DNA of 64,000 bases from Macrostomum lignano (Eukaryota). Shown piece after piece: positions 12,081 to 25,165 of the stretch. Position 1 is the first letter of the stretch. Each line of letters begins with the position of its first letter. A program made the translations under genes and the position numbers. The stretch spans positions 62,001 to 126,000 of the forward strand of contig NIVC01001317.1 in the NCBI GenBank assembly GCA_002269645.1. Direction: 5' to 3'. The notes beneath the pieces are model-generated. The model saw nothing but the letters and a program-made list of their open reading frames with translations. It had not been told where the DNA came from and made no database searches.

Positions 12081-12870
12081 TATATAAATAAATGGTTGTT
12101 TTGGTTCTCATTGTTGCACCATTCCCTGAAGATGTCCGGTTTGCATCGAAACGCGCTGGCACTAAGCATGTTTATTTTGGCGTTTCTTCGACTTCTTATA
12201 TTGCTATAATTAATCACGCAAAAAACTGACAATATATACTTTGTGCTCATGTTTACTAAACGGACCATTGGGTGTTACCTTTGATACAACGGTAACTTCT
12301 AGTGGCCCTTTGGTTTTTTATTAATTTTGTACTTTATGCTTTCTAAGGGAATTCATGTGTACATACAAATGAATTAGAAGTACACGATTTTATAAAAGTG
12401 GCAAAACCAAGTCTCAGAATAAATAAAGGAAAAAACCAGAACTGGCCTAGTTGGAGAAAAAGAGATGAGAAATCAGTTGCGAAAATGTGCGTCCTCAGCA
12501 ATTGGAAGCATAAATAAAGCAACTACGAGTATTAGATCAACAACAGTTACATGTATGAGTGTATAGTGGTTAAGATCAGCCTTGCCAAAGGTTTTCAGTT
12601 CAACAAATTCATATGTTAACACTAAATATTTTAGTCACTTAAATCCACTATACTAAAAATGGCTCGTCGGTATTTATCTAGATCTTGACTTAAATTTTGA
12701 CTAAACCCTGGTAGCAACTATTCCATAGCTCTAACTATCAACTAGGGATCGCAAGCGTACATCCGCAAAAATGACTAACAGTGGCAAATAAATAATTATA
12801 ACGAAAAAGTGATATTGTTAGTTAAATTTAGTTTTCTTAGACAACAAGCGAAGGATCCGTGTAGTTTGCC

Positions 12871-13848
12871 TCAGACAGGCTCTATGCCGTGACTTCGAAG
12901 CTGATTCTTTAGCGCATCAATTCTAGAATCTTTCTCATAACAAGTTCTGAAGAAGTTCAACGCCAAATTCAGCTTCTCAAGGCAATCCTGACGCCACTCG
13001 ACGGCTTCCGCATTGTCGCAGTTTTTCTTCAGTTTGCTAGCGAGAATTTCTAGCTCTGTAAAGTTCTCCTTAATGCCGTCAGCCAGCTTGCGAATCGACG
13101 CTACGTCCATTGTAGTTTTCTTGGCCAAGATTCCGCTTCCCGCGACTGCGCCGGCACATCCGACGGCACCAGCTGCGACGCCCCAGGCCACGCCGCCGGT
13201 AAAGAAGCCGAGGGCCGCGAGAGCCGCTGTGCCGACCAATAAGCCGACCGCCGCAACCACAAGTTGCCACCATTTTGCGCCGACTTTCTTTCTCGTCTTT
13301 TCCTCTTCCTGATTTATTTTACTCACCAGGTGCTCAGCCCGCTGTTGCACAGTTACCAGCTGACTGGTGAGTTTTTTTGTCAAGTCAGAAAACTTCTGTC
13401 CCATTTTCTGCATACTCTCGAGGTGCGCGATCAAATTTTTGATGACCTCTGGGCGCATGATGTCGGCGGTGATTTTGTTCTTGGCGAATTGTTCAAGCTC
13501 GTCAATAGCTTTTTCGGAGTTGACGAACCATTCCTCGAGCTCGCATCCAGAGTCGCGTGCAGCGTGCACTGCTATCTTTAGTTCATTTAACAAAGGCGTC
13601 AGTTCCCGTGACACATTCAGGATTGTCTTCCTAAGCTCCCGCTGCTCATTCTGGGATAGATTCGTGTCCTTGAGCTCCGGCTCCTCCGGCAGATTGAAGT
13701 CCTCAATGACGCCTGAGTGCCTCTTAATTTCTTCGATGGTCCTGCTCAACACCGTACGATAGTCTTGCAGAGACTTTAATTCCTTGACCGACTCACTTAC
13801 GTTTATCAGCATTTGGCCCATTTCCTTAAAAGGATCGGCGCTCATCAT
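12871..13848 (-). CDS. Intronless 325-aa coiled-coil protein with a Gly/Ala-rich hydrophobic hairpin (ApoL / alpha-pore-forming-toxin-like architecture)
   Basis: Single open ORF from ATG to TGA with coding-like composition. Amphipathic helices surround a ~50-aa hydrophobic segment WWQLVVAAVGLLVGTAALAALGFFTGGVAWGVAAGAVGCAGAVAGSGILA. No N-terminal signal peptide. Family assignment rests on architecture only. Confidence 0.75.
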   Translation of the reverse strand: MMSADPFKEMGQMLINVSESVKELKSLQDYRTVLSRTIEEIKRHSGVIEDFNLPEEPELKDTNLSQNEQRELRKTILNVSRELTPLLNELKIAVHAARDSGCELEEWFVNSEKAIDELEQFAKNKITADIMRPEVIKNLIAHLESMQKMGQKFSDLTKKLTSQLVTVQQRAEHLVSKINQEEEKTRKKVGAKWWQLVVAAVGLLVGTAALAALGFFTGGVAWGVAAGAVGCAGAVAGSGILAKKTTMDVASIRKLADGIKENFTELEILASKLKKNCDNAEAVEWRQDCLEKLNLALNFFRTCYEKDSRIDALKNQLRSHGIEPV

Positions 13849-14377
13849 GAAAATGTAAGCACCACGGCTTATCTTAGTTGATTAGTCGGTGGGAATCGGT
13901 AGACAACTTGGTGGAATTATAGCAACCGATTTCTCCTAGTTTATACGCTAAATAGAGACAGCAAACTTGTGAGATCCTGTCCATTTTTAGATGAATCAGC
14001 CACCTCGATTAGTTCTTATTGGAGCTCCTTATTCGCTCTCTAAATATTCAAGGCAAAAATATAAGGAAGTTCCCTTTTGCGATTGCACATGCCAGTGCGC
14101 AATTCGGGAAGAATAGCGAAGTTCCCTTTTTGTTGTGTTTGTCTCTGTTGCACATACGAGCTCGGATAGCTTGTGCAGGCACGAGCGCGTCAACAGCGCA
14201 ACTGGCAATCATTTTGTCAGCCTGGCTTACCAACACAGTGTTGGATATTAAAAGACATTGACTTAGTGTTTTGGCTCAAGCTTTATTAAAACTTTTTGCT
14301 TTAGCTGAATTGAATCTTTCTGATATGGCTAATTCGGTGTACGTTTGTGTGTTTAGATACATGTATATTTTAGACTG

Positions 14378-14504
14378 TGTTGGGTCGACCTTGGTCTGTC
14401 TCGCGCCATCGACGACTCCAGCTGGCAGGCGAAATCATCCGAGCAGAGTCTCTCTCTGCCTCACTCTGCCAGCGCCCAAAATTTGCCAGGGAGGGGCGGC
14501 AACA
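14378..14504. mobile_element. Possible short LTR (127 bp, TGTTG...CAACA)
   Basis: Inverted 5-bp termini TGTTG/CAACA as seen in copia LTRs; no TSD found. Confidence 0.3.
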
Positions 14505-14739
14505 GAGGTGCCTCCAGAGGCCGAAGCGTCCGTGTCGAGGGTAGCTAGGAAGGCCAGGGAAGGCCAGCGCTCGCGGCGAACGTCCTGGGGATGTGGTAAC
14601 CGCAGAGTGCGGCGAAGTCCAGCAGGAACGCCGCGTTCACAGCGATTTTCGCCGGGTCTGGTAGCGATGGCGGGTGGCGTTCGCGAGTCAGGGCATTGAG
14701 GTTGGCCTTGAAGGTCAAGTTGACAGCCCAGCGTCAGTC
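14505..14739 (-). repeat. Dispersed GC-rich repeat, copy 2 (inverted relative to 11190-11447)
   Basis: Reverse-complement homology to copy 1. It continues upstream on the minus strand, through a (GACT)n expansion, into GC-rich ORF-like sequence up to ~15400. Confidence 0.9.
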
Positions 14740-15831
14740 AGTCAGTCTGTCAGGTTGTCATGGAACCTGAGTTTGCAGCGTGGTCTAGCCGCCTGTTGGG
14801 AACCGCGGGCCCGGGGCGGCGCCGGCTGATCTGGTGTTAAGGCGGTTCTGGTCGTTGTAGGGAACATGTTGGGGAGGTCTGCTGTCCGGAGTGTCCGAGT
14901 ATGGTATTCCGTCCGCTCTGGCGGCGACGGAGTAGGCCGTAGATGAGTTGTACTACTCGGCTGCCTTGAGCTTCGTCTCAGCAATCGTGTAGCTTCGTAG
15001 ATCTGGCCTTCAACCTGTTGCAATTTAGCCGAAAAGGCTAAAGGTTCTTGCTCACCGCTCTGATCATTTTCGGCTGGCTGTCTGGGCCGTCTTCTACGAC
15101 GCCGCATTTGAGGGGGCGGCCCCCGTCGGAGACGGATAGCGTCGGACAGTGAGTTCGAGTCAGGCGGCAACGAAATATCCGACTCTGGGTCTTGGTTGTC
15201 GTTTCCTGACTGAATGGGGAGACACTTAGTCGCACCCAGCTGCAGCCGTTGTTCTCGCGTAGCGACTGGGTCCAGGGAAACGTCCAGGACGTGGTCTCCA
15301 AAACCCCTCAGATGCTGCTGAGGCTGCGGGCACGCTTACCGGACCGGCAAGGACAGGCCCGTATTCAGCGCTTCGTCGACTGGTCTGATGCCGGCGCCCT
15401 GGACTGGGATGTATGCATGCTATAGTATGCAGAGATATGTTAAAATATGTTGAGCTGGCACATAATGAGTACAATTTCCTTTAGTTAAAATGATTGATGA
15501 ATCCACCTAATGTTTTTGCATCTAGAATGAAATGAAGACTCAGCTAGGAAGGTTCAAGTCGTGTGTTGTCTGTAAATGGGATAAATCGTCAAGCAATAAA
15601 AAAGTGGAGAGGCTAGAGATTTTCTAAATCCGATACCTCCAATTTAAAAAAAATTAAATAGAAATTTTACCATGAATTGAATTTGTGTTATTTTCCATTT
15701 TCAAAAAGCCTAGACAGCAAACATCCAAAGATAGATGAAACCGGTTGAAAAAAGCGAATCCGTCTACCTCTAAAGCCCGTCATTTTTTCAATTTAGTAAT
15801 GGTGTTAAGCCATCACTTGCGCTGCCGTCGC

Positions 15832-15846
15832 TCTCTGTCTCTCTCT

Positions 15847-15906
<60 letters not shown>
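15832..15906 (+). repeat. (CT)n microsatellite
   Basis: Read directly. Confidence 0.95.
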
Positions 15907-15909
<3 letters not shown>

Positions 15910-16449
15910 AATCTCCACTGTTGATGCATTGTTTTCTTCCCAACAGAATGAGCCTTGGCAATTTTTCATTGAAAATGCAAGATTGCCCTGAGATAGCATT
16001 CCCGAACCAATTTTTCATTCCCCTCCTGCGTCTCAGAAATAGCGCCCGATATCGCGTCATTTCACGTTTTCGCGTTTTTAATCGCAAGCCCGGTAAGCTC
16101 GGCTGTGTTTTTACAGCAGCCCAGAGCTGCCCCTAAACAATGAAGGTTGGGACTGATCCGGAATAGGCCAGTTAAGACCGCATCTACGGTTTCGCAATTC
16201 CTCTGGCTTGTAAACAAATATCGAGCGGTAGACAATAAGACAAAAATTATGCTGTATCGTTCTAGAAATTTCTTGAATTGGGAAATCTAATGGGAGTTCC
16301 TACAATATAATTTGTATATATAATTACTTTACATTACTTTTTCAACATTTCCACTTACTGGAAATTGTCCATGAGCAATAGCTCCTTGGTTGTCCTAGGA
16401 GATCACGATGGGTCGCTCAGATCCTGATCTTACAAGATCACATGGTTTC

Positions 16450-16780
16450 TCGTATTGCAGAGCTCAACGCGACGTACTCAGCTTCCGTTGTCGAGAGTGA
16501 GACGGTTGCTAAGCCAGCTGACAGCGCCACCAGATAGCTTAAAACACGATTGCCAGAGGTGGAATGTCGATCATCTACGATATTATGCAGTCTGCCGAAA
16601 GCCGCGATCATCATAGTTGTATTCTAAGCCAAAGTCGATTGTTCCCTTTTAGGTATCGGAAGATTCGCTTCACTGCAGAGACAACAAGAGAGATGTCTGG
16701 ACGTGTAGCAGTTGCTGCGTAGAGCAGCTGATTGGTAAACGGTTTTGAGTCAACTGGCTTGCTGCTTGCCGCGAGCGGAA
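16450..16780 (-). mobile_element. Ty1/copia retrotransposon pol remnant (RT end / RNase H), frameshifted
   Basis: Minus-strand pieces LLYAATATRPDIS, KRIFRYLKGTIDFGLEY, DDRHSTSG, LSGGAVSWLS and STTEAEYVALSSA are diagnostic copia motifs. Confidence 0.9.
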
Positions 16781-18283
16781 TCGAGCCCAAGGAATTCGAT
16801 GAGAGATTTGGAAGCTCAACGGCTGTGGACACTGTGAACATCTGGCTTCTGGCTTCGTGACTCTTGCTGCTTCAAATCAGTCAGGCCAGGCGAGCTGAGA
16901 CATCACCGGATGGCTACCGAATTAGAAGAGGCCAAGAGGCCAAGATGACTCGCTTATTATCCTAGAAGGCCATGTCAAAGAGGTTTACAGCGGCCGCATC
17001 GTGATGGTGTTCACGCGCAGCTACAGACAGGTCGCTGCCCCAGTACTGTCCCAGTATTACCAGCCAGCAACTGATCGTTGAAACCATGTGTAGAATTTGT
17101 CGACGTGCTTAACGCCGAGCTAACGCCGATGATGCTCGTATTTGCTTCAACTTCTACCAGCGTATCTGTGCAGTTGCCACTTGGAGCGGGATATCGGGAG
17201 ATAACATTAAAAATCAAGCTTGAATGCGACAATCCTCAACTGCCTTACATGGCTGAAGTGGCCGCGCCAGACAGTTTTTATAATTTTATATCTTAGCCGT
17301 AGAGCTCTTCATTTCGTTCACTACTATTCAAAGAAGAAGCAATCGAGGCCCGATTTTTCGAAAATCGACAAGCAATCCAGGCCATTCAAACAACTGCTCA
17401 AGGACTCAGCTAATTAAAAGCATAAAATAATTACTTCTTTGTTGCGCATAATGCCAACCATTTTGGCTTAAAAAGCGAATGTACACTAATAAATTATATG
17501 CAACATTTAGGCATTATAAATCGACGAGTTTTTGCCTCATGCATGCCTCTCACAGACTAAGGTAAAATACATTAAAATCTAATGTCACTCCTTCTCCAGA
17601 ATAGGCCCATTAGGCCTCCAGCCGATTTTGAACCGTGTGCGAGCTTTTGTGGGCATCCCGTGGGAATCTTCCAGTCTCTTGCAGCAGCATCCAAAAGCTG
17701 CCTTTTTCTGCTTTTAAAAGCCCAAATTTTATACTGTATTCGTGTACAACATCGATCAGAAAAGTTTATCTCGTTTCGTCTCGTCTATTCCTGCAACCAT
17801 ATTAGCCAATTAATTTTTGACACAAATTGAGAAATAAATTTAGAAGCAATTCACTCTGGCGGGATTATCCAGAGGCTAAAATTGCGCTTCCTTGGCTCAC
17901 GCTGTTTTTTCGATTCGGGAGTTAGAAAACAGAGCACAATGGAACGCCTCCGCAGTTGCTCACACCTCCGCGATTTGTCTGACAGGTGCCTGCTGTTGTT
18001 GCCGTCTCTTGTGGGATGAACTCGTTAGGCTCTACCTGTAAAGCGAGAAACCTGATTGGCTGCTCAAATCCTCTATAAATGCGCCTGTTTGACGAATGCA
18101 GCCAAATCCACTGAAACCCATCGGAACAGATCGTACCCAGGCAAGATCTTATCTAATTTTAGGAGAGATTCATCCGCACAGGTATGTTTTTGTATGCAGG
18201 CAATGTTTTTAACCTTATTATTGGCTACTTTTCAGATTTCTGCATATCTATTTTATCAAATTTGTTTATGATAGTCAACCAAG

Positions 18284-18472
18284 ATGACACCAATCGGCAT
18301 TACACTGACGCTGCTGCTTGGCCTAACAGCCTTGCACGGAGTTCGCTGCATGTCGGTCGCTGATTACGACGAAGTTGCAAGCGACCGGATGCGCTACGGT
18401 GAGCCCGATCTGCGCCAAAGTGACGAGCTGGCCATGCGCCGGGTTCTGCTGCGGCAGATGTTGCTGGACTAT

Positions 18473-18503
<31 letters not shown>

Positions 18504-18610
18504 TTCACGAGAGTCGGCTGCAGTCCGCAGAGCCAACACCAGCCGGTCCCGTCATGCATCGCCGCTCTTACGGCGTCACCCCATGCCTGCTGAAGTTCTG
18601 CACCTGGTAG
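18284..18610 (+). CDS. Neuropeptide precursor, urotensin II/somatostatin-like cyclic peptide (108 aa)
   Basis: Hydrophobic signal peptide (MTPIGITLTLLLGLTALHGVRC), acidic/polyQ propeptide, dibasic RR site, then C-terminal SYGVTPCLLKFCTW with a C-x4-C ring. Probable 5'UTR intron at 18182-18236 (GT...AG). Confidence 0.85.
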
Positions 18611-19169
18611 GCCCGATGCAAAGCACCTGACCAACTCTGACCAACTCTGTCTCTATCCAACGCCTAGCTAAACAAAAGACAAACTTTGTTCCTCCGGACT
18701 TTTAAGAAGAGCGTTTAGTCCTTTAGCACTGTGTCTGTCTCTATTTGGTTTCGAACTGAGATTACGACTAAACTGCTCAGGCAATGTTAGACTTGACCTT
18801 AGCCATGCCCTGATGCTGGAATATCTTTGTGTCCGTTATTGTAGAATTGAATTCTACAAATATACAACTGATTGCTTTTCGGTTAAGATCTCTGCAGGAA
18901 GCGAGAAAGTCAAAATGCTATTAAGATAGCCAAACTAAAATTCTTTCCTTGATTTGAGTTCCAAGAACTTGCCAGTATTGGTTTTGTCATGCTAAGTTAA
19001 AAAGCGGACAAGGTTTGGTCATAGGCAGCACGCAAATTTGACCGAGAAGCTCGACTGAGTGGGATTGCATTTATTTGAAATAGAACTACAAAAGAGCAAT
19101 GATTAATGTAAACAGGAAAGAAAGCTCTAGTAACTGTCTAAAATGTTACAGCAAGGGTTGGAGCACCAT

Positions 19170-19725
19170 GCAGAGGGGATAATGCCTCGAACAATGGAAT
19201 ATGGATCTCCCAGTTGGCCACCTTGATCGGCGTGATGACATCAAGCGCCTCCATTCCCGATCTCTCCAGTAGCGCAACTTTTCTAGTTTCATGTCTACCG
19301 GTCTTCCAGCCTCAATTCTTCTAGCCTACCGGGCTCTGCTTTTCGGTTCTTGATTTCGGCCTTCAGGGCGCTATGAGCAAATTCAACAGAGTTGAGAAAT
19401 GGTGAGTACACAGGAGCAAGCGAAGCGAAAAACAGTGTTGATGGCCTAGTGGAGCCGCAATCTCTCAATGAAACGCTGGACTATCCCAAACTAGCACAGC
19501 GTCACCACCTTCGGGATGATCAGTACTAAACTGTTCAACGAGTTCTCTCAAAAATTCTTGGGAACGCTGCCGTGTCTGGCCTCCGCGTTGAAGGTGGCTT
19601 TGATAAATCCAAGCTGGGTATACTAATGACCCAGCTATACTTACATGTATCATGATCCCCTGGGGTGCATCTGCGCTTATTCTTATATCCACATCGCTTG
19701 TTGCGATCTTCAAAGTGTAAAGCAT
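19170..19725 (-). mobile_element. Tc1/IS630-like DDE transposase remnant
   Basis: Minus strand gives FLRELVEQF...AVLVWDSPAFH* (IVMDNA..H-like), then after a frameshift APVYSPFLNSVEFAHSALKAEIK (PPYSP.LNPIE-like). Stops and frameshifts are present. Confidence 0.75.
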
Positions 19726-20346
19726 TCCATCATTCGATCAATTTCGACCTCCTGTAGGTGCGAGTGATTGAAAAAGCGCTCATAAATTTTTGTTGTCGTA
19801 TTGAATTATCAACTCATAAAAATCTCGCATTACTGCTATTAGTAGACCAGGGTGGAAATTCTGCAAATGGATACTTTCAAGCGAGAATATTGCAGCAAAA
19901 TGAGGTATAAGGTAAAAAATCAATTCCAGAAATCAGATTGAAAACTCTGCTGCTATTTCAACACAGATTATAAAATTGCAGAGAATATGACATTTATTGC
20001 AAGCTAAAAACTTTTAAAGTGACTTTGCAAAAGTAAGACGTTTAATAAGGTATCTATTAATGATTCAGAACTCAAGTTCAAATTCTTTCGTTATCAGTTG
20101 AACGGTTGGCTAAAATAAAAAAATCTTCTTTCTCTGTGTCGGAGAATCTGCATTGGGTGCTGCGAATATCAAAAATATTACATGCTTGCAGATATGAGTG
20201 AAGGAGAGACAGGTGTTGAGTTCGGTGCGAGAAGTACTTTAGTAGCTGGGCCCACCTGTATTTGAAGCTGCCAACTGCTTAAATAGCAAGGCGCCACTGC
20301 CCTCTTTGCCTGTCACTCCAGCGAAATTAACCACTGTTTTCATGCC

Positions 20347-21306
20347 ATGGACTTGAAGTTCTTCAAGAGCGACCGGAACCTCTCGCTGCTGGAGGAGAAT
20401 GACACGCAGCACCGGTTTCTGCAGCCAGTCTGGGACCTACGGCTCGGCTTTGAGGACTGGATGACCTCGCCACTGTTCCCCGTCTTTCTGTCCGTGGGAT
20501 TCTACTTCCTGTGCAACATCCCCTACACCATCGTGGACCTGTACTTCCAGGACTTCGAAATCGTGAAACGATTCAAGATTCAGCCAGAAAAACGGGTGAC
20601 CTGGCCGATGATGCGCAAAGCGATTCTGAAGACACTGTACAACAATCTCGTGTTCATCATGCCCACCATGATCGCCCAGTGGATCTGGGTGCCGCCGACG
20701 CCTTTCCCCAGGCTTGCCCCGAAGTTCTACGACTTCGCCTACCAGAGCGTCGCCATGATGATGATCTTCGACTTCCAGTATTGGTTCTGGCACATGGTGC
20801 ACCATCGGAACCGCTGGCTGTACAAGAACTTCCACGCCATCCATCATCAGTACCACGCCACGTTCGGCTGGACCACTCAGTACCTGCACCCGTGGGAGCT
20901 GGTCACCGTCGGCTTCTTCACCACCATTGACGGCTGGTTCTTCGAGTGCCACCCAATGACCTACTGGTGCTTCATGCTGCTGAACGTCGGCATGTCCGTG
21001 GAGGCCCACTCAGGCTACGACCTGCCGATCTTCCCGCACAAATGGCTGCCAATTTACGGCGGCGGCCCGAAGCACGACATGCACCACATGAAGCCGCTGA
21101 CCAACTACCAGCCGTTCTTCTCCACCTGGGACCGGCTGTTCGGCTGGGATTGCCCCGGCATCTCCGGCGGCGGCGTCAAAGGCAAACGGCTGCTGGCCTG
21201 GGAGGAGAGGCGGCGCGGTCAGCGGATCAACAAGCACGCCACGGAGCTGATGGGCGGCACCGAGAACGGCGAGCTGGTGCCCGACAAGGAAAAGAAAAGG
21301 AACTGA
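20347..21306 (+). CDS. CH25H: Cholesterol 25-hydroxylase-like protein (fatty acid hydroxylase/sterol desaturase superfamily), 319 aa, intronless
   Basis: Three His boxes (WHMVHH, HAIHH, HDMHH), EAHSGYD and YQPFFSTWDRLFG motifs, and hydrophobic segments. Intronless like vertebrate CH25H; orthology versus MSMO1-like paralogs is not proven. Confidence 0.85.
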   Translation: MDLKFFKSDRNLSLLEENDTQHRFLQPVWDLRLGFEDWMTSPLFPVFLSVGFYFLCNIPYTIVDLYFQDFEIVKRFKIQPEKRVTWPMMRKAILKTLYNNLVFIMPTMIAQWIWVPPTPFPRLAPKFYDFAYQSVAMMMIFDFQYWFWHMVHHRNRWLYKNFHAIHHQYHATFGWTTQYLHPWELVTVGFFTTIDGWFFECHPMTYWCFMLLNVGMSVEAHSGYDLPIFPHKWLPIYGGGPKHDMHHMKPLTNYQPFFSTWDRLFGWDCPGISGGGVKGKRLLAWEERRRGQRINKHATELMGGTENGELVPDKEKKRN

Positions 21307-22245
21307 TCGGATCGGATAATTCTTATTTATTTGTGTGACATTGTCTCTACCGCGCAGAAGAAGACTTTAAGTACTGTTAATCCCCCCTTCGAGAGTTTGG
21401 GCTACGGACCTCTGTAGGCAATAAAAGTGAGAATTGTCTCACATTACCTGGGTATGAAGTGGTTTCAGGAAGCTATCAGGAAAGGTTGGCCTAAAGTAGT
21501 TAGTTCAGCATTTTCATTACTTATTTGTATTGATTAAAATAACAGAACAACGACGATTGACCTCTTAAGTAAAGTAAGTTTGCACTTTAAACGGCTGAGG
21601 CCGTACCAGGCCGTGAAATTGAGGGACATTAAAAAACACCCTCTACCAAATTGTCGTGCCAGGGGGCAGTGCGGGTTGGACCCGACCACTGCTCCAATTT
21701 TGAGTAGCTTATCTTCCAGTGGGAACACCTGATAGATAAGAGGAGAGAGGGCGAGATAGCAGTGGGTCAGTGCGAGGCAGGCTGGTACAGTCTGGCACGG
21801 GGCATGAGAGACATTTCCTATCATAATATTTCAGATATTTCAGCTCAAACAAAAAAATCCCAGCCAAGCTTATCAATACAGTGCGTCATCTTGTTCACCC
21901 CTCATTCTCTCCCCGTTTCTATTTTTAAAAATCACTTAACGCTTTGCCAAACGCAAGCGCAGTGATTTCGCATGACGTTGCAAATCTGCTGAGCGCCGTC
22001 ATTTTCTTGAAGCCGATTGTCAACCAGCGGAAGACGGCTTCGAAATTGCAGGCGAAACGATTCGCAGCCGAGACAGCCCATGCTATCAGTGGCGCCATTT
22101 GATGAGAACTTTGTGGCACTCTGGCGCGCTAACTGTTGCTATGGGAAATAATTGCATGCCTTCCTGTTTGTCTGACTGCTTTGCGTTGCCGAATAAACTA
22201 ATCAGACTTTGTCGAAATATACTGTTTGTACTACGACTTAATACC

Positions 22246-23716
<1,471 letters not shown>

Positions 23717-24245
23717 TGTCTACATTCATACACTGATTTATAAGACAATAAATCAGTGAGAAATGATAGAAAATTACCAGTGAATTCGACAGAATGTGCT
23801 GAGCTAAGCGTTTAACAAAAGACGCTTAGTGAAGTAATTTCTGATAGCAGGTTTTGTATTTCTTAGAAAGGTTTACATTGACTGTTCAATCGCTTTCACG
23901 CATGAATATTATTGAAAACTTGACAGAGAATTTGTTTTAAATTTGTTCACTCCAGTTGAACGGAAAAGAAATGAAATATTACTTCAATCGCAGCTTGAAG
24001 GGTGTGCATTTTTTACCGTAAAATCAATATCCAAAAATCTAATTTCGCATAGAAGAGGAAGGACATTGTGTTTCAGTTCCAAAATAATTATTGCAAGCAC
24101 AAAATAATTAGTCACTGAAACCGATGTTAATATAGACTAACACCTTAACAGCTCGATTAAACCTTTCTGGATCCCTGACGGCAGCTAACGGACACTGAAT
24201 CTCTCATTCACATGTCTCCTGTGAACTCTCACACTCTCCTGACAA

Positions 24246-25165
24246 TCACTCTCTATGTCACTCTCACTCCCTGTACCACTCTCACTCCCTGTACCACTCT
24301 CACTCTGTGTCACTCTCACTCTCTGTGTCACCCTCACTGTATGTGTCACTCTTACTGTCTGTGTCACTCTCACTCTCTGTATCACTCTCACTGTCTGTGT
24401 CACTCTCACTGTCTGTGTCACTCTCACTGTCTGTGTCACTCTCACTGTCTGTGTCACTCTCACTGTCTGTGTCACTCTCACTGTCTGTGTCACTCTCACT
24501 GTCTGTGTCACTCTCACTGCCTGTGTCACTCTCACTGTCTGTGTCACTCTCACTGTCTGTGTCACTCTCACTGTCTGTGTCACTCTCACTGTCTGTGTCA
24601 CTCTTACTGTCTGTGTCACTCTCACTGTCTGTGTCACTCTCACTGTCTGTGTCACTCTCACTGTCTGTGTCACTCTCACTGTCTGTGTCACTCTCACTGT
24701 CTGTGTCACTCTCACTGTCTGTGTCACTCTCACTGTCTGTGTCACTCTCACTGTCTGTGTCACTCTCACTGTCTGTGTCACTCTCACTGTCTGTGTCACT
24801 CTCACTGTCTGTGTCACTCTCACTGTCTGTGTCACTCTCACTGTCTGTGTCACTCTCACTGTCTGTGTCAGTCTCACTGTCTGTGTCACTCTCACTGTCT
24901 GTGTCACTCTCACTGTCTGTGTCACTCTCACTGTCTGTGTCACTCTTACTGTCTGTGTCACTCTCACTCTCTGTATCACTCTCACTGTCTGTGTCACTCT
25001 CACTGTCTGTGTCAGTCTCACTGTCTGTGTCACTCTCACTGTCTGTGTCACTCTCACTGTCTGTGTCACTCTCACTGTCTGTGTCACTCTCACTGTCTGT
25101 GTCACTCTCACTGTCTGTGTCACTCTCACTGTCTGTGTCACTCTTACTGTCTGTGTCAGTCTCAC
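24246..25165 (+). repeat. 18-bp minisatellite (~50 copies)
   Basis: Unit gtcactctcactgtctgt. Confidence 0.97.

Noticed and set aside
16900-17830. Short GC-richer ORF-like patches
   Set aside because: Multiple stops in every frame and no recognisable motif; probably decayed repeat or pseudogene fragments that I cannot assign.
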